DNA from: an uncultured Gammaproteobacteria bacterium | GTDB taxonomy: Bacteria > Patescibacteriota > Microgenomatia > CAYGWK01 | Assembly: GCA_964487495.1 (NCBI GenBank) | Contig: CAZAPL010000006.1 | Span: forward strand, 1 to 58,117 | Direction: 5' to 3' | DNA length: 58,117 nt | Shown here: positions 44,034 to 54,470 of the stretch, piece by piece | How the letters are laid out: each line of letters begins with the position of its first letter | Position numbering within the stretch: position 1 is the first letter of the stretch | Notes under the pieces: model-generated | What the model was told of the DNA's origin: nothing | What the model saw: the letters and a program-made list of their open reading frames with translations, nothing else | The model's database searches: none | Position numbers and translations under genes: made by a program

Positions 44034-44357
44034 ATGATGAGATGGGAATTTGCTCCTGATATTAAAAGAAAAATTTGTTTTTTGGTTAAAAAACTTTCTT
44101 TAGATTATATTTCTCACAAAAGAATTTTCTGTTTTAGGAGTTTTGGTTCGAAATCAAACGCAATAGCCAGAATTTGGGCACTTCCAAAAATTTGGCAAAA
44201 GGCTTTGAATGTTAAACCGGGATATTGTATTGAAGTTATCTCCGAAAAATTTGATAAAATGAACAATCAAGAAAAAGAAGAAGTTTTAATTCACGAACTT
44301 AAACATATTCCCAAAAATTTTTCTGGTACTCTTTTAGGTCATAAAAAAAGAAAATGA
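44034..44357 (+). CDS. Small HExxH metallopeptidase-like protein
   Basis: 107 aa. VLIHELKHIP (HExxH) followed by GTLLGH, reminiscent of small archaeal-type predicted metallopeptidases. Confidence 0.4.
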   Translation: MMRWEFAPDIKRKICFLVKKLSLDYISHKRIFCFRSFGSKSNAIARIWALPKIWQKALNVKPGYCIEVISEKFDKMNNQEKEEVLIHELKHIPKNFSGTLLGHKKRK

Positions 44358-45037
44358 TTAAGATTCTCCATGGAGAAGACATTGTTAAAAGCCGCAAACG
44401 ATTAACGGAGATTATTGAAGAAGCCAATCGAGAAAAAAAAGAAATTATTTATTTTGAGGGGGAAAAAGTTTCTTTAGAAGAAATCCGTTCCGCGTTAGAA
44501 TCTAATTCTTTATTTGAAAAATCAAGGTTAGTAGTAATTGAAAACCCTAAAAACAAGCCAGAAATTTTTGATTATTTAAAAAATTATTCAATGAGAGAAA
44601 AAGAAGAAAGCGATTTAATTTTGTGGATTTCAGAAGAGGTCGACGAAAAAATTTTACCAAATGCCGAAAGAGAATTTTTTAAACCCTCGTCTTTAATTTT
44701 TTCTTTTCTTGATTCTCTTTTCCCAGGAAATTTTCAAAAATCTTTGAAAATTTTATCTCAACTTAAAGAAAGCGAAGAACCAGAAATGATTTTTAATATG
44801 TTAATTAGGCAATTTAGATTTTTGATTTTAGCCCGTGATTTGGGAGAAGCCGGTTTGCCAAATCAACCTCATTGGCGAAAGCAGAAGTTTTTAAATCAAG
44901 CAAAAAAATTTACTTTAGAAAAACTTTTTGCAATTTACCAAATGCTTCTTGAAATTGATTTTTCCCAAAAAACCTCAACTAATCCATATTCCCTTCCTTC
45001 ATATCTTGACCTTTTAGTTTTAGAAATATTAAAATGA
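44354..45037 (+). CDS. holA: DNA polymerase III delta subunit-like protein (short)
   Basis: 227 aa. N-terminal ILHGEDIVKSRKRL...SLFEKSRLVVIEN and the C-terminal helical region resemble HolA, but the protein is about 100 aa shorter than typical. Confidence 0.5.
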   Translation: MIKILHGEDIVKSRKRLTEIIEEANREKKEIIYFEGEKVSLEEIRSALESNSLFEKSRLVVIENPKNKPEIFDYLKNYSMREKEESDLILWISEEVDEKILPNAEREFFKPSSLIFSFLDSLFPGNFQKSLKILSQLKESEEPEMIFNMLIRQFRFLILARDLGEAGLPNQPHWRKQKFLNQAKKFTLEKLFAIYQMLLEIDFSQKTSTNPYSLPSYLDLLVLEILK

Positions 45038-45041
45038 AACT

Positions 45042-46406
45042 ATGGAAATAGATCCAAAAATTTTTAAAGATTATGATGTGAGGGGAAGTTATCCCAAAGA
45101 AATTAATTATTCAGTTTTTGAGGCAATAGGCAAAGAATTGACCCTTTACTTTAAACCAAAGGAAATAGCCATAGGAAGAGACAATCGAGAATCAAGTTTT
45201 GAACTTTTTTCCGGAATGGCTAATGGTTTTCTTTCTCTGGGCGTTGACGTTTTAGATTTAGGCTTAATTACCACTGACATGATTTATTTTTATGCGGGTA
45301 AGCATGGAGCCGATTTGAATATCATGGTAACTGGCTCCCATGCTCAAGGAGAGAATGGATTTAAAATTTGCCAAAAAGGAGCAATTGCTATTAGCGGTTT
45401 AAATGGCTTATATGAAATAAGAGACCGTCTTCTGAAAAGAAAAAAATTTCCGTTTTCTAGAAGGAAAGGGGAAGTTAGAAAGAAAGATATTCTTGAAGAA
45501 TGGATTAATCACGTCCTTCTTTTTATAGATATTAATAAAATTAAACCATTTAAAATTGTCGTAGATACCGGGAACGGAATGGGAGGTTTGGTAATGCCTT
45601 TAATTGAAAAAAAATTGCCAGGAGAATTTATTAATCTCTTTTTGGAATTAGACAGCCGCTTCCCAAATCATTTTCCTAATCCCTTAATTAAAGAAAATCT
45701 TTCTGATATTAGAAAAAAAATTAAAGAAACAAAAGCCGATTTCGGAATTGCTTTCGATGCCGATGGTGATCGAGTATTTTTTCTTGATGAAAAAGGAAGA
45801 ATTGTCAATGCAACAATTTTAACGGCAATGATTGCTTCGGCAATTCTTAAGAAAAATCCTGGAGAAACAATTCTTTATAATGCTGTTTGTGGGAGAATCG
45901 TTCCCGAGACAATTCAAAAATTTAAAGGAAAAGGAGTAAGAGTAAGAGTTGGTCATTCGTTAATAAAGGAATATATGAGGGAATATAATGCTATCTTTGC
46001 CGGAGAACATTCCGGTCATTTTTATTTTCGCGATAATTTTTATACCGATAGTGGTTTAATTACTTTTGTAAAAACCCTCGAATTTATTTCTGAAAGCAAC
46101 AAACCCTTGTCGCAAATAGTTGATGATTTTTCTAAATATCCTCAGAGTGGAGAGATAAATTTTGTGGTTGAAGATAAACAAAAAATAATGAAAATGATAG
46201 AAAAAAAATATCAAGATAAAGCCTCTTCAATTGATTGGCTTGATGGAATTTCGGTTTGGTTCCCTGCTTGGTGGTTTAATGTTAGACCTTCAAATACCGA
46301 ACCCCTTCTGAGGTTAAATGTAGAAGCAGACAACCAGAAACTTTTAAAAGAAAAAACAGAAGAAATAAAAAAGTTAATATTAAGGTTAGGAGGGAAGATA
46401 AAATGA
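45042..46406 (+). CDS. Phosphomannomutase/phosphoglucomutase
   Basis: TGSHAQGENGFK (phosphoserine loop variant), FDADGDR, GEHSGH. Confidence 0.85.
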   Translation: MEIDPKIFKDYDVRGSYPKEINYSVFEAIGKELTLYFKPKEIAIGRDNRESSFELFSGMANGFLSLGVDVLDLGLITTDMIYFYAGKHGADLNIMVTGSHAQGENGFKICQKGAIAISGLNGLYEIRDRLLKRKKFPFSRRKGEVRKKDILEEWINHVLLFIDINKIKPFKIVVDTGNGMGGLVMPLIEKKLPGEFINLFLELDSRFPNHFPNPLIKENLSDIRKKIKETKADFGIAFDADGDRVFFLDEKGRIVNATILTAMIASAILKKNPGETILYNAVCGRIVPETIQKFKGKGVRVRVGHSLIKEYMREYNAIFAGEHSGHFYFRDNFYTDSGLITFVKTLEFISESNKPLSQIVDDFSKYPQSGEINFVVEDKQKIMKMIEKKYQDKASSIDWLDGISVWFPAWWFNVRPSNTEPLLRLNVEADNQKLLKEKTEEIKKLILRLGGKIK

Positions 46407-46825
46407 AGAAAGGGTTTTTAACAACCCCTTTTGTTTCAAGAATAGAAAAACCCTGGGGCTATGAACTTATTTTAACTCCAGAAGAATCTAAAGTAACGGG
46501 TAAAATTCTTCATTTAAACGCCGGATGTCGTTTTAGTCTTCAGTATCATGACGAAAAAGAAGAAACTTTAATTTTAATTTCTGGAGAAGCAGAGATTATT
46601 TTGGAGAATGAAGATAAGGTTTTACAAACAATTAAGATGGAACCACGAAAGGGCTATTTTATTAAACCTTTTCAAAGACATCGAGTTAAGGGAATAAGTG
46701 ATTGTGATATCCTTGAGGTTTCCACCCCTGAAAAGGGGAATACAGTTAGAATCGAAGATGATTATCAAAGAGGAACAGAAACAGAAGAAGTAAGAAGACT
46801 TCCAAACAGAGGTTGGAGTAAGTAG
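46403..46825 (+). CDS. Cupin-domain protein (type II mannose-6-phosphate isomerase-like C-terminal domain only)
   Basis: PWGYELIL...GKILHLNAGCRFSLQYHDEKEETLILISGEA...HRV. ATGA overlap with the PMM gene. Confidence 0.6.
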   Translation: MKKGFLTTPFVSRIEKPWGYELILTPEESKVTGKILHLNAGCRFSLQYHDEKEETLILISGEAEIILENEDKVLQTIKMEPRKGYFIKPFQRHRVKGISDCDILEVSTPEKGNTVRIEDDYQRGTETEEVRRLPNRGWSK

Positions 46826-46841
46826 TTTTTTATGCCTGCTC

Positions 46842-49163
46842 ATGGAAGAAAAAAATAAACATATTCTTTGGTTTGACCAAGTTGATAAGGAAGATATTGC
46901 CCTCGTTGGTGGAAAGGGAGCCAATTTGGGGGAGATGATTTCTTTCGGCATTCCCGTTCCGCCGGGTTTTGCCGTTTCTTCAAAGGCATATTTTTATTTT
47001 CTCGAAGAAAACAACTTAAAACCCCAAATTAAAAAAATTCTTCTTAAGATTGACAAAAATGATTCTTATTCGTATTTAGTTTCTTCGGAAAGGATTAAAA
47101 AATTAATTCTTGGAGGAAAATTTCCCAAAGATTTAGCAATTGAAATAATGAAAAATTATCTTAAATTAGGAGGCGGATTTAAAAATTCTCTTGTTGCTAT
47201 TCGCTCATCGGCCACCGCGGAAGATTTGCCTGAAGCCTCATTTGCTGGCCAACAAGCAAGTTTTTTGAATATTTTTGGTGAGGCGAATGTAGTTTTAAAA
47301 GTTAAAGAATGTTGGGCTTCTTTATTCGAGCCAAGGGCAATTTTTTATAGAGAAGAAAAAAAATTTGATCATTTTAAAGTAGGAATTGCCGTTTTGATCC
47401 AAAAAATGATTCAATCAGAATTTTCTGGAGTAATGTTTACAATTGATCCCTTAACTAATCAGAAAAATCGAATTATCATTGAGGCAATCTACGGTTTGGG
47501 AGAATTAATTGTTCAAGGAAAGGTTTCTCCTGATCGCTATGTTTTGGATAGAAATTCCTTAGAGATTTTAGAAAAAAATATAGGCGTTCAAAAAATAAAA
47601 TTAGCCAGAACTAAGAAATTAAAAAAGGAAAAAATAATTTTTTCTAATCAAGAAGTTGATATACCAGAGAAATTGCAAGACAAGCAAAAATTAAAAGATA
47701 AGCAAATTATTGAAATTGCCAAAATCGGGAAAAAAATTCACCAGCATTATTTTTTTCCTCAAGATATTGAGTGGGCAATCGAAAAGGAAAAAATTTATAT
47801 ACTCCAAACCAGACCAGTGACTACCTTAAGAGAAAAGAAAGAAAGAGAAAAGGAAAAAGAAGATATAAAAGCCATTTCTCAGGTCAAAGCGGCGATTTTA
47901 ATAGGAATTCCTGCTTCGCCGGGGATGGCTACCGGCTACGCCAGAATTATTCATTCCCAAAAGGAAATTAATAAAGTAAAAAAGGGAGATATTTTAGTGA
48001 CAGAAATGACTTCGCCTGATTTTGTCCCAGCAATGAAAAAAGCGGTGGCTATTGTTACCGATAAAGGCGGGCAAACATCCCATGCGGCAATTGTTTCAAG
48101 AGAATTAGGAATTCCTTGTGTAGTAGGCACAGAAAAAGCCACTAAAATACTTAAAAATGGCCAACTTTTAACAGTGAATGGGACAAAAGGAGAAATTTAC
48201 AAAGGGGGGATTCTTTTTGCATCCTCCTTTGCCAAAAAAGAGAAATTTCAAGATTCTATTTCATTTGTTTCTCATCTTAAAACCGCTACTAAAATTTATG
48301 TTAATTTGGCTGAACCAGAAATAGCCGAAGAAGTAGCTCGCAAAAATGTTGATGGAGTAGGGCTTTTACGAGCAGAGTTTATGATTGCTCAAATAGGTAT
48401 TCACCCCAAAAAATTAATTAAAGAAAGAAAACAAAAATTATTCATTTCAAAACTAGCTGAGGGAATGAGAAAATTTTGTGAACATTTTTATCCAAGGCCT
48501 GTAGTTTATAGAGCAACCGATTTTAAAACTAACGAGTATCGAAATTTGATAGGAGGAAAAGCTTTTGAACCCGAAGAGCCAAACCCCCTAATGGGATTTA
48601 GAGGAGCATATCGCTATCTTTCTGACCCTTCAGTATTTAAACTTGAACTTGAGGCAATAAAAAAAGTAAGAAAAGATTTCAATAATCTTTGGCTAATGAT
48701 TCCTTATGTTCACCTTCCTTGGGAACTTTTGGAAGTCAAAAAAATTATTACTTCATTTGGTATTTGGCGTAGCCCTTCTTTTAAACTTTGGATGATGGTT
48801 GAAATTCCGGCAAATGTCATTCTTCTTGAGGATTTTTTAAAAATTGGAATCGATGGGGTTTCTATTGGTTCAAACGATTTGACAATGCTTATTCTTGGAG
48901 TGGACAGAGATAATCACGAAGTAGGAAAGATTTTTAATGAAAGAAATCCTGCCGTTTTATGGGCTCTTGAAAAAATTATTAAAACCTGTCATAAATATAA
49001 AATAACCAGTTCTATTTGCGGTCAGGCACCGAGTATTTATCCGGAATTGATAGAAAAATTAGTTTCCTGGGGTATTACCTCAATTTCTGTTAATCCTGAT
49101 GTCATTGACAATGTGAGAAAAGAGGTTTATAGGGCAGAAAAAAAATTAATAGAAAAAGGGTAA
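46842..49163 (+). CDS. ppsA: Phosphoenolpyruvate synthase (pyruvate, water dikinase)
   Basis: N-terminal ATP-grasp VGGKGANLGEM, phosphohistidine domain GGQTSHAAIVSRELGIPCVVG, C-terminal PEP-utilising TIM barrel. Confidence 0.9.
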   Translation: MEEKNKHILWFDQVDKEDIALVGGKGANLGEMISFGIPVPPGFAVSSKAYFYFLEENNLKPQIKKILLKIDKNDSYSYLVSSERIKKLILGGKFPKDLAIEIMKNYLKLGGGFKNSLVAIRSSATAEDLPEASFAGQQASFLNIFGEANVVLKVKECWASLFEPRAIFYREEKKFDHFKVGIAVLIQKMIQSEFSGVMFTIDPLTNQKNRIIIEAIYGLGELIVQGKVSPDRYVLDRNSLEILEKNIGVQKIKLARTKKLKKEKIIFSNQEVDIPEKLQDKQKLKDKQIIEIAKIGKKIHQHYFFPQDIEWAIEKEKIYILQTRPVTTLREKKEREKEKEDIKAISQVKAAILIGIPASPGMATGYARIIHSQKEINKVKKGDILVTEMTSPDFVPAMKKAVAIVTDKGGQTSHAAIVSRELGIPCVVGTEKATKILKNGQLLTVNGTKGEIYKGGILFASSFAKKEKFQDSISFVSHLKTATKIYVNLAEPEIAEEVARKNVDGVGLLRAEFMIAQIGIHPKKLIKERKQKLFISKLAEGMRKFCEHFYPRPVVYRATDFKTNEYRNLIGGKAFEPEEPNPLMGFRGAYRYLSDPSVFKLELEAIKKVRKDFNNLWLMIPYVHLPWELLEVKKIITSFGIWRSPSFKLWMMVEIPANVILLEDFLKIGIDGVSIGSNDLTMLILGVDRDNHEVGKIFNERNPAVLWALEKIIKTCHKYKITSSICGQAPSIYPELIEKLVSWGITSISVNPDVIDNVRKEVYRAEKKLIEKG

Positions 49164-49176
49164 AATAATTTCAAAT

Positions 49177-50445
49177 ATGTCTAAAATTTATTTAATTAAA
49201 GCAAGAGAAATTCTTGATAGTCGAGGGACGCCAACTATCGAAACTACCGTTTTCTTAGATGATGGTTGGCGAGGGATTTCTTCTGTCCCTTCAGGAGCAT
49301 CAACAGGTCATTATGAGGCAGTAGAGTTAAGAGACGGTGATCCTAAAAGATATAATGGAATGGGGGTTTTAAAAGCAGTTTCCAACATTAATCAAATAAT
49401 TTCTCCGAAATTGATTGGCTTAGATCCTAGAAATCAATTTGAAATTGATAAAATTCTTCTTTCTTTAGACGGAACTGAAAACAAGTCAAAATTGGGAGGC
49501 AACACTCTTCTTTCTGTTTCGCAAGCGGTATGTAAAGCAGCAGCCGCCAGTTTAAGAATGCCTTTGTGGAAATATATCAGTCAATTGGCAACTAGTAGTT
49601 TTCAAATGACTATCCCCAATTTTCGTATTCCTATCCCTACGTTTAATTTAATCAATGGCGGGAAACATGGAGCAGGAAATTTGGAATTTCAGGAATTCCA
49701 TGTCATTCCTACGGCGAGTAAATCTTATCATGAAGGATTAGAAATGGTTGAAGAAATTTACCAAACTGTTAAGAAAGTTTTGATTAGACACGGAGCAGTG
49801 CATTCTGTTGGCGATGAGGGAGGGTTTGCCCCAAATCTTTTTACTAACATGGATGCGTTAGAAGTAGTTGTCCAGGCAATTAAAGAGGCAGGATTCAATT
49901 TTCGAATGGACGTTTTTATTGGTCTGGATGTTGCTGCCACCCATTTTTATAAAAACGGAACTTACTCTATTAGAGATCGAACTCAACCGCTTCAGGCAAA
50001 CGAACTGATTGAATATTATCGAGAACTTTGTCAGCAATACCCTCTTTATCTTTTGGAGGATCCTCTTTTTGAAGATGATTGGGGAGGATGGACGAAGTTA
50101 ACTCAACAGATAGGAGAAGGAACCATCATTGTTGGTGATGATCTTTTATGCACTAATTTAGAAAGATTGAAAAAAGCAATTAAGGAAAATGCCTGCAATG
50201 CCATTTTGATAAAACCAAACCAAATAGGGACAATTTCTGAAACACTAGAAGTAGTAAAAACCGCTAAAGAAAAAGGGTTTAAAACTATTGTTTCCCATCG
50301 TTCAGGAGAAACTAACGACACTTTTATTGCTGATTTTGCGGTAGGTGTCGGTGCTGATTTAGTAAAGTTTGGCGCCCCTGCCCGCGGTGAAAGAGTAGCA
50401 AAATACAATAGACTTTTAGAAATTGAAGAAGAATTGAAATCATGA
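49177..50445 (+). CDS. eno: Enolase
   Basis: AREILDSRGTPTIE, SHRSGETNDTFIADFAVG. Confidence 0.97.
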   Translation: MSKIYLIKAREILDSRGTPTIETTVFLDDGWRGISSVPSGASTGHYEAVELRDGDPKRYNGMGVLKAVSNINQIISPKLIGLDPRNQFEIDKILLSLDGTENKSKLGGNTLLSVSQAVCKAAAASLRMPLWKYISQLATSSFQMTIPNFRIPIPTFNLINGGKHGAGNLEFQEFHVIPTASKSYHEGLEMVEEIYQTVKKVLIRHGAVHSVGDEGGFAPNLFTNMDALEVVVQAIKEAGFNFRMDVFIGLDVAATHFYKNGTYSIRDRTQPLQANELIEYYRELCQQYPLYLLEDPLFEDDWGGWTKLTQQIGEGTIIVGDDLLCTNLERLKKAIKENACNAILIKPNQIGTISETLEVVKTAKEKGFKTIVSHRSGETNDTFIADFAVGVGADLVKFGAPARGERVAKYNRLLEIEEELKS

Positions 50446-52046
50446 AACCCTTAGTCTTGATAATTTTAGATGGTTGGGGGCTGGCTCCTGAAGGACCGGG
50501 GAATGCTGTTTCTCAAGCAAAAATTCCTAATTTTTCTTCTTATTGGAGTAGTTTCCCTCACACAAAACTTTCTGCCTCAGGAGAAGCAGTTGGCCTTCCA
50601 AAAGGGGAAAAGGGAAACTCTGAAACAGGACATTTAAATTTAGGAGCAGGAAGAATCGTTTATCAGGATCTTCCAAGAATTAATATGGCTATTGCTGACG
50701 GCTCATTTTTTAGAATTCCCGCTTTTTTAAAAGCAGCCGAACATGTTAAAAGAAATAACTCAAACTTACATTTAATGGGACTTATTGGCCAAGGTGGGGT
50801 TCATTCAAGTATGGAACATTTATTTGCTTTACTTAATTTTGCCAAAGAACAAAATCTTGGAGAATGCTTTCTTCATCTTTTTACTGACGGAAGAGATTCT
50901 CCACCAAATGCGGCAATAACCTTCCTTGATCAAGTCGAAAAAAAGATAAATGAAATAGGAATTGGAAAAATTTCTACTTTAATGGGAAGGTATTATGCGA
51001 TGGATCGGGATAATCATTGGGAAAGAACAGAAATAGCCTACAAAGCGTTAACTGAGGAGAAGGGGATTATTACCCAAAACTTTAGAGAAGAAATTTTGAA
51101 ATCTTATCAAAAAAACGAAACCGATGAGTTTTTGAAACCGATAATTATTAAGGGAACTCCAAGAATTAAAGAAAAAGATGCGGTTATCTTTTTTAATTTT
51201 AGAATTGATCGACCACGACAACTAACTAAGGCATTTGTTATTGAAGAATTTGAAAGATTAATAGGCCAAAAAATTGCCTTTGATCCCTATACTGAAAAAT
51301 ATTTAAAGAAAACTTATGTTGAAGAAAGAATTTCTTCAATTTTTAAAAGAGGCCCAAAAATTAAAGATTTGTTTTTTGTAACCATGACTGAGTATGAAAA
51401 AAATCTGCCGGTTGAGGTAGCCTTTCCTACGACAATAATTAATTACCCCCTAGGGAGAATTTTATCAGAAAGAGGTTTAAGGCAACTGCGAATTACTGAA
51501 ACAGAAAAAGAAAGATTTGTAACCTATTATTTCAATGGTCAAAATGAGCACTCTTTTCCTGGGGAAGAAAGAATAATTATTCCCTCTGCAAATGTTCCAA
51601 CTTATGATTTAAAACCGGAAATGTCTGCTTTTGAAATTACAGAAACAGTTCTTGGGAAAATTAAAACTGGCAATTATGATTTTGTTCTTTTAAATTTTGC
51701 CAATCCCGATATGGTAGGCCACACCGGAAACCTTCAAGCAGGAATTAAAGCCTGTGAGGCGGTTGATGAATGTTTAAAAAAAATTGTTTCTTCTGTTTTT
51801 GCTCTTGGAGGAATAACTATTATTACTGCCGATCATGGAAATGTTGAAGAGATGATAAACCTTGAAACTGGAGAAATCGATACTGAACATTCAAAAAATC
51901 CTGTCCCCTTTATAGTAGTTGGAAAAATGTTTTTGGGAAAACCGACGGTTTTACCGGTGGGGATTTTGGCTGATGTTGCTCCGACAGTTTTGTCTCTTTT
52001 GGAGATTCCTATTCCTTCGGCAATGTCTGGTAGAAAACTTATATGA
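50442..52046 (+). CDS. gpmI: 2,3-bisphosphoglycerate-independent phosphoglycerate mutase
   Basis: ILDGWG, GNSETGHLNLGAGR, TADHGN. ATGA overlap with eno. Confidence 0.95.
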   Translation: MKPLVLIILDGWGLAPEGPGNAVSQAKIPNFSSYWSSFPHTKLSASGEAVGLPKGEKGNSETGHLNLGAGRIVYQDLPRINMAIADGSFFRIPAFLKAAEHVKRNNSNLHLMGLIGQGGVHSSMEHLFALLNFAKEQNLGECFLHLFTDGRDSPPNAAITFLDQVEKKINEIGIGKISTLMGRYYAMDRDNHWERTEIAYKALTEEKGIITQNFREEILKSYQKNETDEFLKPIIIKGTPRIKEKDAVIFFNFRIDRPRQLTKAFVIEEFERLIGQKIAFDPYTEKYLKKTYVEERISSIFKRGPKIKDLFFVTMTEYEKNLPVEVAFPTTIINYPLGRILSERGLRQLRITETEKERFVTYYFNGQNEHSFPGEERIIIPSANVPTYDLKPEMSAFEITETVLGKIKTGNYDFVLLNFANPDMVGHTGNLQAGIKACEAVDECLKKIVSSVFALGGITIITADHGNVEEMINLETGEIDTEHSKNPVPFIVVGKMFLGKPTVLPVGILADVAPTVLSLLEIPIPSAMSGRKLI

Positions 52047-53752
52047 AAAAGCCAAAAATAATTAAAAAAAATAAAAATTATCTTAAAAAAGAGCCAAATC
52101 TTAAGGACTATGAAAAGGTTTGCAAAACTTTTTCTTGGGAAGAAGCAAAAAAAGAAATTCCCTATTTTTCTAAAAAGGAATTAAATGCTTCCTATTGTGC
52201 CGTGGATATCAACGCTCAGAATTTTCGTAAAAATAAGATTGCTTTGTATTGGGAAGGGGAAAGTGGAGAAAGAAAAAAATTTACCTTTCTTGAACTTTCC
52301 GAACTTTCAAATCAATTCGGAAATTTTTTAAAAAACTTAGGAGTTAAAAGAGGGGAAAGAGTTTTCTTTTTTCTGCCTCGAGTTCCAGAACTTTACTTTG
52401 GTTTTTTGGGGACCTTAAAAATTGGAGCAATTGCCGGAACTCTTTTTTCTGCTTTTGGGCCTGAGGCTTTATACGACCGACTTTTAAATTCTGATGCTAA
52501 AATTTTAGTTACTAACAAGGTTTTAAAAGAAAGAGTTGAAAAAATAAGAAGAAAATTGCCGAATTTAGAAAAAATTATTTTAGTTGAGGAATTAGAAAAA
52601 AATTTAAAAAGAGAAAAGAAAACTCTTAAGGTAGCAAAAATGAAAGAAGAAGAACCGGCCTTTATGCTTTACACTTCAGGAACTACCGGAAAGCCAAAGG
52701 GCGTAGTTCATGCCCATAAAGCAATTCTTCTTGAACATCTAACCGCAAAATGGGTTTTGGATCTTTGCGATGAAGATATTTATTGGTGTACCGCTGACCC
52801 TGGGTGGGTAACGGGAATTGCCTACGAAATCTTGGGTTCATGGTCAAATGGTGCTTCATCTTTAGTTTATGAGGGGAGATTTAATCCGGATAAATGGTAT
52901 CAACTAATATCCGAATATAAAGTTAGTGTTTGGTATACTGCTCCAACCGCAATTAGAATGTTAGCGGCCGCAGGAACCGATTTGGTAAAAAAATACGATT
53001 TATCTTCTCTGCGGCATCTTGCCTCAGTGGGCGAACCTTTAAATCCTGAAGCCGTTTGGTGGGGACTTAAGGCTTTTGGTTTACCCTTCCATGATAATTG
53101 GTGGCAAACGGAAACGGGAGGAATTTTGATTGCAAACTTTCCCTGCATGGATATAAAACCCGGTTCGATGGGGAAACCAATTCCGGGAATCAAAGCAACG
53201 ATTGTAGATGATAAAGGTAAAGAATTAGAAATAAAACAGGTTGGGAATTTGGCGATTAAACCTCCATGGCCATCAATGATGAAGGCAATTTGGCGAAGAC
53301 CAAAAAAGTATAAAAGTTATTTCAAGGGCGGTTTTTATATTACAGGAGATTTAGCCTATAAAGACAACGATGGGTATTTTTGGTTTGTAGGCAGAGCAGA
53401 TGATGTTATCAAAACCTCAGGAGAAAGGGTTGGTCCATTTGAGGTAGAATCTTCTTTACTTGAACATCCGGTGGTAGCTGAAGCAGGAGTAATTGGTAAA
53501 CCTGATCCAATTCGAGGGGAGATAATTAAAGCCTTTGTTGTTTTAAAACCTTCTTTTAGGCCCTCGGAGGCCTTAAAAATAAAATTACAAGAACATGTCA
53601 AAACTCATCTTGCTGGTCATGCTTATCCACGAGAAATTGAGTTTATAGACAGACTTCCCAAAACTCGTTCCGGAAAAATTGTCAGAAGAATTCTTAAGGC
53701 TAAAGAGCTTGGTCTTCCTCTTGGCGATCTTTCAACCCTTGAAGAATATTAA
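52043..53752 (+). CDS. acs: AMP-forming acetyl/acyl-CoA synthetase
   Basis: YTSGTTGKPKGV, TGDLAYKDNDGYFWFVGRADDVIK, LPKTRSGKI. ATGA overlap with gpmI. Confidence 0.8.
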   Translation: MKKPKIIKKNKNYLKKEPNLKDYEKVCKTFSWEEAKKEIPYFSKKELNASYCAVDINAQNFRKNKIALYWEGESGERKKFTFLELSELSNQFGNFLKNLGVKRGERVFFFLPRVPELYFGFLGTLKIGAIAGTLFSAFGPEALYDRLLNSDAKILVTNKVLKERVEKIRRKLPNLEKIILVEELEKNLKREKKTLKVAKMKEEEPAFMLYTSGTTGKPKGVVHAHKAILLEHLTAKWVLDLCDEDIYWCTADPGWVTGIAYEILGSWSNGASSLVYEGRFNPDKWYQLISEYKVSVWYTAPTAIRMLAAAGTDLVKKYDLSSLRHLASVGEPLNPEAVWWGLKAFGLPFHDNWWQTETGGILIANFPCMDIKPGSMGKPIPGIKATIVDDKGKELEIKQVGNLAIKPPWPSMMKAIWRRPKKYKSYFKGGFYITGDLAYKDNDGYFWFVGRADDVIKTSGERVGPFEVESSLLEHPVVAEAGVIGKPDPIRGEIIKAFVVLKPSFRPSEALKIKLQEHVKTHLAGHAYPREIEFIDRLPKTRSGKIVRRILKAKELGLPLGDLSTLEEY

Positions 53753-54452
53753 AAAGAATAGTAAATTCTCCCTTTGGAGGATTTTTTTCAAAATGAGAAA
53801 TTATTAAGGGAATTTTTTCTCTTTTTATTTCTTCGTAAACTTTTGTTAACTCTCGACAAACAACAATTTCTATTTGGCCAAAAATTTCCTCGATTTCTTT
53901 TAAAGTTTTAAGAAGGCGATGGGGAGATTCAAAAAAAATAATAGTTGGCCTAATAAGTTCATAAATTTTTAGGACGTTTTTTAAAAGTTTTTGCCTTTTA
54001 TTTTTCTTTTTTGGTAAATAACCTAAAAACAAAAACCTATTTGTTGGTAAACCAGAAGAAACTAAAGAAGTCAAAACTGCCGAAGGCCCAGGAATAGCCT
54101 CAATTTCAATTTTTTGTTTTATGCATTCCTTAACTAGTTTAAATCCCGGATCCGAAATAGTTGGGGTACCGGAACTGGAAATTAAAACCACATTTTTACC
54201 CTCTTTTAAAAATTTAATTATCTTTGGGATTTTTTCTATTTCGTTTTCTTCATAATAAGAAATTAGTTTTGGTTTAAATCGGAATGATAAACCTGACGGA
54301 GGTTGAATCTCTTTGAGTTTTTTTAAAAGTATTCCGGTTTTACGGGTGTCTTCACAGGCAATGATTTCCGCTTCTAAAAGAATTCTTTTTGCTCTAAAAG
54401 TAATATCTTCCAAATTTCCAATTGGAGTTGACACCACATAGAGTTTACCCAT
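53700..54452 (-). CDS. rsmI: 16S rRNA (cytidine1402-2'-O)-methyltransferase
   Basis: LYVVSTPIGNLEDITFRA, tetrapyrrole-methylase-like fold, FESPHR. Confidence 0.9.
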   Translation of the reverse strand: MGKLYVVSTPIGNLEDITFRAKRILLEAEIIACEDTRKTGILLKKLKEIQPPSGLSFRFKPKLISYYEENEIEKIPKIIKFLKEGKNVVLISSSGTPTISDPGFKLVKECIKQKIEIEAIPGPSAVLTSLVSSGLPTNRFLFLGYLPKKKNKRQKLLKNVLKIYELIRPTIIFFESPHRLLKTLKEIEEIFGQIEIVVCRELTKVYEEIKREKIPLIISHFEKNPPKGEFTILFNILQGLKDRQEEDQAL

Positions 54453-54457
54453 ACAAT
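54428..54457 (+). promoter_or_regulatory. Promoter TTGACA-18-TACAAT for the oxidoreductase operon, embedded in the rsmI 5' end
   Basis: TTGACA at 54428-54433, TACAAT at 54452-54457, ATG at 54471. The divergent start codons are only 18 nt apart. Confidence 0.45.
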
Positions 54458-54470
54458 AAGTAAGTATATC

